Positions 37,399-49,650 of a DNA stretch of 64,000 nt are shown piece by piece. The position numbers and the translations under genes are program-made. The stretch is from Yuukianura sp. NJ FZ-2021 (lineage: Eukaryota), in NCBI GenBank assembly GCA_046563655.1, contig CM102283.1, positions 6,882,001-6,946,000 of the forward strand. Direction: 5' to 3'. The notes beneath the pieces are model-generated. The model was given only the letters and a program-made list of their open reading frames with translations. It had not been told where the DNA came from and searched no databases. How positions within the stretch are numbered: the stretch's first letter is position 1; each line of letters begins with the position of its first letter.

Positions 37399-40300
37399 CT
37401 ATCGCTGTAAAATCTTTATAAAAGTCTCTCGTGGCATTTGAATATTTCCGACCATTCGCATTCTCTTCTTGCCTTCCGCTTGTCTGTCCAGTAACTTCTT
37501 TCTTCTTTGCACATCTCCACCAGATTTCTGTAAAAACGAATAAATCATTTGATGGATAATAAGTAAAAAGTAGTGAAAAACTGAAAGATGAGAAAAAAAC
37601 TTACCAGTTTCTGTGTAATATCTTTTCGCACTGGTTTGATATCTTCTCTCGCAAGAATCTTTGATCCAACTGCGGCCTGAACGGATATCTGCAAACAGAT
37701 AAAATACAATTACACAATTGGAAGATTTTGTTCGATGACTCGGGTTTTGTTTAAAAATTACTTGAAATTGGTGACGTTCAATTGTCTCTTTAAGCTTAGC
37801 GACAATTCGTTTTCCAGCCTCTCTGGCTTTAGTAAGATGGACGATTTGGGTCATTTCCTCAACAATGTCACCGTTCAACAGAAAATCGAGCTGCGAAGAA
37901 AATCAAACATACAAGCAATTCACCGCCGCATTCTAGATTAATTAAGTAAATGCAAGTAAATACTTGCAAGTTATGACCTTACCCTAACCAAATGTGATTC
38001 TTCATAACCGAGTTCTTCATAATCAAACGACGCATACCCTGAGGTCAGTGACTTCAACTTATCGTAAAAGTCAATCACAATTTCGTTCAATGGAAGTTTG
38101 TAGATCATCATCATTCTATCTACGTCGATATTCTTGACATCTTGCTGTACACCTCGACGTTCCATACAGAGTGTCATTATGTCGCTATAATATACACCTA
38201 GAAAAACAAACATGCAATTAAAGTTCAAAAATGAATCTGGTGCTGAAAAATCCAAGCATCGGTTGGCCTTACTTGGTGTAATAATTGTTCCTATAACGAA
38301 GGGTTCATAAACATTCTCAATAAACTGTCTGTCCGGAAAATTAAGCGGATTCCGGATTGTCACAACTTCTGCTCCGTATTCCTTAACTGCTTTTCCAGTA
38401 ACTTTCACTGAAACAAACAACAATGCAAATGATATTTCAGAGAAACGGGTTTAGTTGAGTTACTGAAATTACCTTTGACTGGAACATTTGGACTAGTCAG
38501 GACAACTTGAGCTCCATACTCTTGCTCTAATCGCTGATTAAAAACGTCTATATGTAAAACTCCTAAAAATCCTAACCTCCAGCCATTTCCTAGGGCAGGA
38601 CTAAAAACAATAAACAACTACAAATTAAGTTCAGCTTTCAGCAAAAAAAAACTGCTGATCAAACTCTTCATTACCTAGATTCGACGACACATTCTATACT
38701 GGGATCGTTCAGTAGAAGTTTCTCCAGGGCACTTCGGCTGTAAGAAACAAGTACACAGAATTAGTATCTTGGCTGTTTTTTAACTTTTAGTTAAAGCTTA
38801 CAGTTGTACGTGCTCGCTCTGGTCCATAGGGTATACTCCGGCAAAAACCTGCAAGAAGTATTTTGTGATTGTGACATGGACAATCAGATTCAGGGGTTTC
38901 TATATTAATTCCTCACCATAGGCTTGCACTTAGTGAATCCCGGAAGTACTTCTACGGGCTTATTGGTGTGATACAGTGTATCTCCGATACTAGCATCTTT
39001 TATTTCTCGCATACCGCAGTAAATATAGGCAGCTTGACCGCAGTACCTATCAAAATGGTAAAACAAGAGTTGCTAAAGTTGCAATTTAAAAATTAAAAAA
39101 AAATACTAATTGTAATCAACTTACACAGAGTCCAAAGGCTTGGGGAATGGATTCAAGATCCCAATTTCCTTAATTTCATAAGACTTGTTCAAATGAGCTA
39201 ACGAAATTTGTTCTCCTACGGTAAATTTACCATCCTTAACAGCAACCTAAAATGAGAAGAAACAACATTGAACAGTAATTAAATTTAATTTAAAAATGGA
39301 AGGCACTAAGGAGTTGCACATATTTTACCAAAAGCGCGACGCCTTTATAGCGATCATACCAGGAATCAAACAACAAAGCTCGGGATGGGGCCTCTCTACT
39401 TCCTGCAATACAAATAAAAAATATTGTGTACACAAAAATCTGACAACGTTAAAAATGCTTTCTATTTTACCTGTAGGTTCAGGGATTCGTTCAATGATGG
39501 CATTCAACACACTTTCTATACCAATACCGTTTTTGGCTGATATTTTAAGAACACTTTCCGGTGGAATGTCAAAGAGAGATTCCAACTGGGCCAACACTTT
39601 TTCAGGATTCGCATGTTTCAAATCAATCTTGTTCAAAACTGGAATCATCGGAAGTCCTTTTCCAAACGCCAAGTAAAAGTTGGCTACAGTTTGAGCCTGC
39701 AAATGTTCAATTTTAGAAAAGTATTTCGTATTTCGATAAACTCAGAGGAAAAGAAGCACTAACTTGCACTCCTTGGTTGGCATCGACTAACAAAATCACT
39801 CCTTGGCAAGCAGATAACGATCGACTAACTTCACCTACAAATTCAAAAATAACTTGTCAAAAATATGATTTTAAACTTGTTTCTGAACTGACAGTGCAGT
39901 GATAGATTTTTTCTTACCCGAAAAGTCTACATGACCCTGGAAGAAAAAAAATCATTCTGTCAATTTTAACCATACAATTGATGTAATTCCCAAGTTGCTG
40001 TAATTGACATTCTTACCGGAGTGTCTATAAGGTTGAGTAGATATTGCTGGCCCTCAAATTCATAAATCTGGAAATTCAAAAAAAGACTGAGCAATGAAGC
40101 ATTCTAGAACTCTCTGACGGTAAAGGTCAGTTACCATAGTCGCTGTCTGAGCCTTGACAGTTATTCCACGCTCTTTTTCAACTTGTAATTTATCCAAAAT
40201 TTGTTTGTTATCCGTAGATGCTTTGATGGTATTAGTTGTTTCCAGAAGACGATCGGCCAATGTACTTTTTCCATGATCAATGTGGGCTATAATACTGAAG

Positions 40301-40530
40301 TTGCGAATCCTCTCCAGGGGGAACTCTTCCAGGTTGATCGTAGTGTTTCCATCGTCTTCAACAGCTTCAGTTGAAAAATTCCTTGCTGCAAATTGATAAC
40401 TTATATAACTAATCGCGAGATCAGGTTTGATGAAACAAGATACAGAAGTCGCCGGTAATAGTGTAGAACCAAAACGTCGTTTCTTCCAGCAAGTATTTAG
40501 TATACGAGCAGCAGCTTTAAGCGTCCCCAT
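37399..40530 (-). CDS. GUF1: Mitochondrial translation factor GUF1 (LepA/EF-4)
   Basis: [69 protein letters not shown]; basic N-terminal presequence. Confidence 0.96.
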
Positions 40531-40954
40531 CAGCACTGATTTGAATTCGAAACCTAACTCATTAATACAAAACAAGTTAATTAACTAAAATTCACCTTGA
40601 TTGATTAGAAAAAAGTTGTTGTCGTTCACTTGAACACATGTTTCCTCCTCCCGCTCCCATTATTCAAAATTTTACATGGAAAAAGAGCTGTGAATGAAAA
40701 GCGTTAAGTTAGGAGTAGGATGCTCCGAGCATAAACGCTACATCGAAGCCATTTCAGTTAATGGTTGTCTATAACTTAAGGAATTAACGATCAAATCATC
40801 TTCAATCAGGTCTGCTGAGAATGCCCAAACATCAAGGAAAGTTTACTGTAAGATCAGCAACTCCGATAGAGAGCTACTAAAACCTTGAGAAAGAATACTA
40901 GATTAACAACTTTAGCATTTTCCAGTTTAGAAATGAAAGTCAATGGTTGCTTTA

Positions 40955-41404
40955 CTAAACGTCGTCCGCGTCCTCCTTCTTCTGGCGCTTACTCGACTTG
41001 GAATGGAAGTTCCGATCTTGGCGAGCCACTAAGACCAGCTTGTCAGTGCTTGCTACGGCACGTTGCCTCCGAATATTGACGTCCTCCAAGTTGACATTCC
41101 AGGTATGTTCGACGAACTTGTAGGAATTGATCCTCTTGGCGTGTACTCTCATAATTGGTCCATTTGGAGGTACAAGGTACTTCATTTCCTTGTCAAACTG
41201 GCTCCTGACTTTCTCAATCAGATTCGGATCCAAGGGTGTGTTCAACTTGGTAAGTGCTTTCTCCAAGCTGACCCCAAGGGTACACTCACGGTATACTTCG
41301 TTGGCATCATCACGACCAGCAGCAGAATGTGCTAAAATGTTTCAATATAACATTAACTGGCCATGATTCGTAAAACTGTTCTTCTAAAACGAAAACCTAC
41401 CCAT
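40955..41404 (-). CDS. Divergent transcription factor IIA gamma (small) subunit paralog
   Basis: ATG-G at 41404-41401, intron 41400-41332, then AHSAAGRDDANEVYRECTLGVSLEKAL...QFDK...INSYKFVEHTWNVNLEDV...DKLVLVA, matching TFIIA-gamma YRNTTLGNSL...QFDK...LNTYRFCDNVWTFVLNDV...DKVKIVA. Confidence 0.82.
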
Positions 41405-41978
41405 GTTGAGAATGTGACGTTCTTCTGGAGCGAATTCAAACGTCGTTTAGTAGACTCGTTCCGGCACCCTGACAGGTTATCTTCAATTAAAACGGCTTTT
41501 TAATTAACTAATCGACTCAGGAATCCAAAACACACAGTCCTCACAGCTGACAAAATTTTCAAAATTGCTAAAAATAAAATTTGAAATTTCGAAATGAAAT
41601 TGAGTCGTACTTGAAAATCCCGCGCTTTCGGCGGTACATTTGAATGGAGTGCCAAAGCGTCCTTCCACTTTATGAACACGAAAAACTCTTGTGCAATTTC
41701 AAGAAAAAAAAAACTTAAATTTTGAATTCAACAATTTTTTTTTACTATTAATTCAATCGATCAATTGCTAGGAATATTATTTATTATATTGAAGCATATA
41801 CGTACATTATACATAAAACAAAAAGATTTTACGTATAAAAAAGAAGTCAAATTTAACAAAAGCTTGAACTTGAGTGCAATAGTTACGCAATACCTCCTGC
41901 ATACAACTAAATTTTGAGAAATTGAAACGTTTTGTCTTCATTTCGTCATTGCGTGAACGATTTTTTGTGGGAGTGTTG

Positions 41979-42691
41979 TCATTTGTTAGCTTGTTGGTCA
42001 CCAGTTGGACTAGCTGGCTGTAGGTCATCCGGCTCCACTGGATTTCTCTTGTGAAGTTTCCCAGGAGATGCTTTAGTGCCCCACGCACACTTCTTCTGTG
42101 CCCCATCTTCCTGATTGACCTTGACCTTCTTACAGGGAATTCTAGCCAAGGAATCGTTCTCGTGCTGGTCAGGGTGACAGGGACATGGAGTGAGCAAGCA
42201 CTTGTCCAAATGGTAGCGATACTTGAGGTTGAAGTAGGCTCGACGACTGGACTGTTCCAGTGCTTCTTCAGCCGCTTTACAAATCGGATCCAACCCTCCG
42301 TCACCACCGAACATCAAGTCAGTAATTTTGCAAGTGAAAATTAGTTTCTCAAGGTGCCAAACACGGACTTCGTTGACATGGTATGATGGAAGGATCTTCA
42401 CTTCTCCGCCAGCCTTTTGAAGGGCCTCTAGAAAAGCCAAAGTGTCCATGTCACAAAACTGAGTCTATTTACTTAACTTATTAACTTATTGTTAACTTAA
42501 CTTACGATTAAGTCCTTGGAGTCGATCTGTCCGATAGTCCATGACCCCGAGGACGATATAGGGACCATAACACAGAGTGACCGCTCGGGAAATAAGGAAG
42601 AACAGTCCTGGCTGCAGTTCTTCTGTGTGGTGATGTCGTTCAGCATGACCCGGACGCTGATGTCGCTCTCCACCGTCGACAGTGGATGCAT
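41979..42691 (-). CDS. Unknown two-exon protein, ~220 aa
   Basis: ORF MHPLSTVESD...SKDLI joins through a ~47-nt GT-AG intron, phase 0, to FCDMDTLAFLE...QQANK; coding-like GC content; no recognised family. Confidence 0.55.
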
Positions 42692-43129
42692 ATGGATTTG
42701 GATTCGCAGAGGAAGAAGTAGAGGAATTGCGGGACATTATGAAAAATTATCGAAATTAAAAACAAAAATTGAAGGTGTGAAATCTAAATTGCTCGGATTA
42801 AAACCAAAAACGTCGTCAGTGAAGTTCCAAGTTCCGAATTCTAAAAATGCAAAATTCGAAAACTCAGTTTCAATTTAAGAATTTTGTCAACATTGGTTTC
42901 ATTACACAACTGTTGCCCATAGTTACTTTGAGAATTGAAAATAGCATCCAGCATCCACAGTATTTTGTACATCATGTAAAAAGCAGTGCATTTTATGTTG
43001 AACATTGCACACGGGTCACATGAAAATAGTGCACAATACACAACAAAAGGTGTCGAGGCTGCATCAAAACGGTGCAACTTGTGCAACAAACGCTAAAAAC
43101 CAGTTTTTAATATTTTTTGTGTGCACAAT

Positions 43130-43430
43130 TGGATTTAACATTGTTTAAATAAATTGCACAATTGTGCTGTTTTGGAGTTGCTTGGAGGTTTTTCTTACTC
43201 CAATATGCACAGTTTTGATGCACAGCGCATATCTAAATTCACCTGTGTGACTGAACAAAACTGAAAATCTGAAATTTGCACAACTGATTCAACGCTGTTT
43301 CAATAAATTGCACTATTTTGCTGTTTTACAGTTGCTTGGAGGTTTTTCTTACTCCATTGTGCACAATTTTGATGCACAGTGCAAAACGAATTTGTTTGTT
43401 TAGCTGACCAACACTGAAAATCTGAAATCA
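43130..43430. repeat. Degenerate two-copy tandem repeat, period ~154 bp
   Basis: AATAAATTGCAC, GTTGCTTGGAGGTTTTTCTTACTCCA, TTTTGATGCACAG and ACTGAAAATCTGAAAT each occur twice in the same order. Confidence 0.7.
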
Positions 43431-44223
43431 ACTCTGAATTCTGAAACTTCTGTTCTGCACAACTTTTGAATCAAGAGAGGTCGTGGGGGAAATTCACATC
43501 ACAATCGGTTTTTGGAAACCGATTGTATAAAAACCCCCTGATTCCGTATTTCTATGGAAACAAAAAACCGCTTTCAGATTTTCAGTTGCTGTGGTTTGAA
43601 AAAACCGCCCGTTTTCAAAAAACGAAAGTCGAACCGGTTTTCATGGCAGAAAAGCGTATTGCGAACGTTTTTTCTTCAAAATTGTGCAGTTGTACATTCC
43701 TGCTGAACTGTTGCAATTTTAGGATGCACCAATTTTTTGCTGGTTAGTTCGAAATTCGAAATGAAATGAGGGCATACTTTTTACATAAAAGTTTACATAA
43801 ACATAAAATTGGCTACATAAAATACTACAAACTTGTCGTATTTGCCGAAATTCTAGTCGATGAGAAATCTTTTTCTAAAAATAAAATTTCAGAAAAACAA
43901 CTTGAAGGGCAATGGTATAACCAGAAGGAAATGGAAAGTAAAGGGTCTGTTCCTGGGTACTTCAGGGACGCGCCCTTCATCTGTACCTTCAAAACCAGAA
44001 AATACTAAAAGTTTGTGTCATTTTCGTTTTCCAAATTCAGTTTTTCTAAAAATAAGAAATTTTTTGATCTGTGTCAACAACAAGAAGGTCATTCCGCGAT
44101 GTCCGGACGGTATAAAATGGGCAACAAACTGAGTAGCCAGTATCCAGTCACCGACTTCCACTTCTTACGACAACACAACTAAAATTCCAATTTTCGAAAA
44201 CCAATTTTCCAAAAATTTTCATC

Positions 44224-45043
44224 ATGCAAATTGTAAGTAACCATCCAACATTGAAATTCAATTTTTCAAAATTATGAAAAGTAACTAAAATTTCAAAAAA
44301 TGTATTTTATTTTTAGATCGCAGTTGCCGCTCTGTGCATCGTCAGTGCCTTGGGCATGCCCAACGCTTACTACAACCACCATGTCGTCAAGCCCGACATC
44401 CGAATTGAGTCATACACAATGGCTCCACCAATGCCCACGCTGGCTCCGGCTGACCCACCAATGTCCAACCACTACGGAAGCTATGTCGCTCCGCGTCCAA
44501 CGGTCGTCGTCGTCGCTGATACGCCAAAGGTCATGACCTCCTACGGATACCAAGCTCCAGCACCAATTCCAGCTGATGTGCCCAAGACCGACTACGGATA
44601 TGGCCATTCCTCAACTGCTTTCGTCAAATCCAGCCTTCCAGTTGCCACAATTGTTCGACAGGTCGTCAGCACCGACAACGCTGGACACTACACCATGAAG
44701 TAAGTTCAATCCACTACTGCCAGCACAAATATTGTTGCTTCTGTTCTAAAATTTTCCAAATTTCAGCGTCGAGTCCAGCGATGGAACTTCCCAAAGCGAG
44801 TCCGGAAGCCTCAAGAATCTTGGACACCCAGAAGGACCAGCCCAGGTCAAGCAAGGAGCCTACTCTTTCACAAGCCCCGAGGGCCAGCGATTCACCGTCA
44901 CCTACACCGCTGATGAAAATGGATTCGTCGCCAAGGGAGACCATCTTCCAACATCTCCACCAATCCCAGAAGAGATCCTCAAGAGCCTGGCCCTTCCGCG
45001 TGTCCATGACGCCTACTCTGCTCCGAAGAGCTACGGATACTAA
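44224..45043 (+). CDS. Cuticular protein with RR-1 chitin-binding domain
   Basis: 3 exons; signal peptide [54 protein letters not shown]. Confidence 0.95.
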
Positions 45044-45905
45044 AATGTTTGCAACGAATCAGGAATTCTTGTGATTTTTTTCAAAATGGAAAATGACAAC
45101 TATTTTTTTACAATTGGAAAATAAAACTATTTTTGCAAATCAAAATTAATTGGAATTCGCGAGAACCATTTCTGGAAATTTGGAACTTTGCGTGTTACAT
45201 TGGTTGGCAGCATGAAAGAATGCCAAGTTTTTTTTCCATTTGTGACGTCACAACTATCCATCTAAAGTGGCCACTTGTAAGCCACTTAAGCCTCATTTAA
45301 TTGCTCAATTGCTAACATGAATTCTTCTTTTAAGTGTTAAGCTTAGCAGTGTCAAAATCCAGTTACTAGTTTTAGTATTCATTATCACGGACGCAGAGAC
45401 GTTCTGATGACCTCCAAGTTCACTATCTCCACAGAAAGTGGCCGAGTCGTTCCAAATACTTTTCCGTGTTATAATAACAGTTGGCAGTTAGGTTTAGTTA
45501 AATTCCACGTTAGTAATTTCAGAATTTGCACAATTCGCGAATTTAGACTTTACAAAAGCTGATAAACACTTTGGACATTGGATTTTTATTGTTGAAAGAA
45601 TAAAATCAAGTCTTACGTCGCCCCTATCTGGACCCGATTTTTAACACGCTGTAAGTTTACCCGCTAATTCGGTTTATTTGCCTTTTGATTTTAATTTTGA
45701 TCAAAAATATCAAAAATCATAATCAATTTACTACATATAAATCACAAATGTGGGGAAATCAATTAAATTCAATTTAATTAACTAGTTAACACAATCAGAA
45801 AGAACAAACAGTTATTTTCATATTCATGTAAATTACTTCGAGCTGGAGCGGAAGAGAACTGTGCCGGAATTAAATGGCACAATTTTTTATACCACACAGG
45901 CTGGA

Positions 45906-47372
45906 ATGGAGAAAATACCAAGAATTAATGTACATTTGACGGACGAAAATTTCGTAGAAGATGTCAAGAAGGTCATGGATGTTGTCCGACCGGAGTGGTT
46001 GGCGGCTGACGTATGGCCGAGGTTAAAAACTAAGGTATGCATAGCATCGTTTAGTTAGGCGTACCGATGAGTAATTGAACGTTAACTAACATATGGAGAG
46101 TTAATTTTTAATTGGTTCCTTCATTTACCCAACAGATCTTTACAGATGGAATTACAAATAAACTGGTTGGTTACTCTTTGCCGGAGGCCCCAAGGGATGC
46201 CGTAATCGTCAAGATTTATGGATTTGGAACGGAGACGATGATTGACCGTAAAGCCGAAATAGAAACCATGACAGTAAGTGTACTCACACTAACTAGACGA
46301 CAAGAAGGACGTGGAATTGCTTTTAAAACGTTTCCAATCTTTAGTTCCTGAGTGCACGGGGAATGGGTTCCAGAATTTTTGGGATTTTCGACAATGGAAT
46401 TGCGTATGAATTCATTCCAGGCAAGACGTTGGACCCGATTTCTTGTCGTGATCCGAAAATCTACCCACTCGTTGCAGCAGAAATGGCCAAACTTCATTCA
46501 ATTCCACTAGACCAAGTTCCTCAGGATAATCGAGCAGCTTTCTGGAATAAATTAAATACCTTCCAAGACCTGGCCGCTGAAATCCTGGACAAAAATGCAG
46601 CAATTTGCCAAGGGTAACAACAAAACGTTTATCTAGTAACTACTATTTTTGTTGTTCTTAAACTTAAGTGATGACGATTTTTGTACAGATACGCTGCGTT
46701 CGGACTGACAAAGTCCGGAGCAAGTCAAAGCATTCAAAAACTGAAGAACTTAGCTGAAAATGCTGGTATGCCATTTGTCTTTTGTCACAATGACATCCTT
46801 CTCCCAAATGTCGTCTATGATGAAGAGACAGCTCGCGTATCGTTCATTGATTTTGAATATGCTATGATAAATTATGGACCATTCGATGTTGCTAATCATT
46901 TCAACGAATTTGCCGGTGAGTCAAAGTCAAAAGTGTTACGAAGCTGACATAATAAAATATTGACACTTTTATTTGTAATAGGAGTGGACAATGCTGATTT
47001 TTCTCTATGCCCGGATAGGACCTTCATGGCAGCATGGATCGAAGAATACTTGAAACATTGGAAGAATTCCGAGACGGGTAGTCTTCTAGTGGATGTTCAA
47101 CAGTTTCTGCATTGGGTTGAGTTATGCATACCGCTTTCTCATTTATTCTGGGCAATCTGGACAGTTGTGCAAGCTCAAAATTCATCAATTGATTTTGATT
47201 ACATCGCGTAAGACATCTTTATCATCTTCATTACGACTTCAAGTTTCTCAAAAATGCTTTATATTGCAGTTATGGAGAGAAACGCTTCACCGAGTATCAG
47301 AAAACGATGAAAATCTTCGAAAGTTATACTACCAAGGTTGTATGCAATGGTGATGGCGATGTTAAGAACTAG
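45906..47372 (+). CDS. eas: Ethanolamine kinase (choline/ethanolamine kinase family)
   Basis: FTDGITNKL, IDRKAE, FDNG..YEFIPG, FCHND, FIDFEYA, DVANHFNEFAG, SHLFWAIW, SSIDFDY. Confidence 0.92.
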
Positions 47373-49650
47373 TCATGTACCATGTACCATAATTTCCGCG
47401 GCCATCAGCCAATAGCAACTTCACATCTTATCCAGACATAAACTGATGAACTGGAATTCTACTGCCGGGTTCAACTAAATAATTCCTCACGCCTCAGCAA
47501 ATGATCTTTGGTGCTAATCTGCTATTCAGCTGGAACTGCAGGTTCGGAACCAGCTTCGTTTAGCTTTCCCAAAAACTTTATTTTCTTGTATACGAATCTT
47601 CTTAAAAACAGTTTTTAGAATTTTAAAAATCAAAATCTATCTTACGTTAGCGTTGTCGCTTTTTCCCCAAGCTGCTCATACAAAAGCAGCTTTCTGTTTA
47701 TAACGAAGCTTTCCATAAAAAAAAAGTTTTGCTTTTTTGTTTAAATTATTTCTTTTAGAAATATTCCATTGTTTAATTCAAGTCAATACCAAATGCACTA
47801 TTTGTGTTTTTGTTATTCGTTTAAGCCTTATCAGTTGTTACAATCCAAACATCCGTAAGTGCTTGAATCAGCATGACTCAAGCACAGATGACTTTTTAGT
47901 AACATTGGATCGATATTCGGGCAGGTTTGAATTATTTTCAGCTTGTTCTGAAGTGCCAATTCCTGAAATAGAAGATACTTTAAATAAACAAAGCATACTA
48001 CTATGAAGAAGAAGATCGAAATACTACTGAAAAATGATTTCTTAGTAAGAAATGGTCGTAAATGTCATAATCGAAATTATTACGTTCCATTCATTCTCCG
48101 CATTGAAATTGATTTTTGACGTTTCACATTTTAGACAAGCTACCACACTACCGCAAGATAGAGTGCGTAGCAGCCAAAAAATGCGGGTTTTGTTTCAGGA
48201 AGACTTAAAAGACGTGGACTTATGGCTCCGTCCCAACAAACATGCGCGTAATACTATTCATGCTAAAAAGTAACCCAGGAATAATCTACAATAGACATGG
48301 ACAGAAGGTCATTGAGAAATATCGGAAAACCGGGAACACGCCACCCTCTCCGAAATACCCGAAAAAAGAGATTAGAGCCAGAATTGGAGTAGAAAACCCG
48401 TGATACGTGACTACCGCTTGACGTCACGAATCGTACGATGTCTGAGAGGGGAAGCTAAAAAGTGGTAAGGGGGGTTTCCGTTTACCGGTACAGCGGAGGT
48501 GTGTCATTTTTTACAATTACTATACAATAGGTATAGTTATATGGCCACATTATCCATTGAAGTCGAAACAATGCTCACAATTATTGTCAGTGATTGCTCT
48601 TACTCTAAAATGCTACAGTCCACTTTTTTTTATAAAAAGATTTGGTGGACATTTCTGCGTATCTGTTTCAAAATTTCGCGGAATTACGGTTCAAAGGGCG
48701 AAAGTTTTTGTTGACTAAAAACCAGAAAATGAGATTTTTTGAAGGACATTGGGCAGGGCATAGGGTAAAGGAACTTGCTCAACCAGCCTACACTTGAAAG
48801 TTACCATAAAAATTGTTTTCTGCGCATTTTAATTCAAAATGATCTCTTCTTCTAAGTCCTGGCCTTGATTTAAGTCAAAGAAAATTGCAATTGCGAGATG
48901 TGATGCAAATTACTGCAATTACTATGTGGAAGAAATGGATGGTTCATAGTTGGCAAAAAAATGCATGTTGGCGTAAACTCGTGTCGCCTCTTGGCCACTA
49001 TAGCGTATAGCGAATTGATAGAGGGTGTAGGGAGCCTCCATTTTAACTTATGTTTAATATTATTAAGCTAAAACTATTTTGAATATTAAAAATATTTAGA
49101 AGAAAATACTTAAGTTAAACTATATAAACAAAATTGTGAATTGGTTTGTCAGTTTGTGCGTTTGTTCAGCTGGGGGTAAGTTGCAACTTCAAGAAAGGGT
49201 GTGAACTGGATCGACATTTTGATGTTATTAACAAAGAATGAACTTTAAATAAAATTCAAATAAAAGTAAAATAAAAACTGTGTTAAATAAAGTTAAAATA
49301 ATTAAATATTATGGTAGGTTACACTGACATGCTTATTTCATAGGCAGCCTACGGGTGTGTGTATAGTTAGGCATTCATGGTATGAACTTGGTATGCCTAG
49401 GGCATATGTTGCATGTGAATTTTTATCTCGTGTCCATTACGTCATTGGCTCTTGAAAAGATCACACCATACAAACAGTAAAAGCAGACAGAAGGAAAACT
49501 ATAGCAGAGGGAGAGTCATCGGTTCCGCTTCTGTCTTCTGTGTTTGTCATCTTTTATCGTCACCTTGGTCCTCGCCTAACTTTAGTCCTTCAGTTTACAT
49601 CCATACGCTGACAGGACAACATCTTGTAGAGGTCATCACAAGACACTACA

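Noticed and set aside
47790-48273. Exon-like fragments downstream of ethanolamine kinase
   Set aside because: Could not build a consistent spliced frame.
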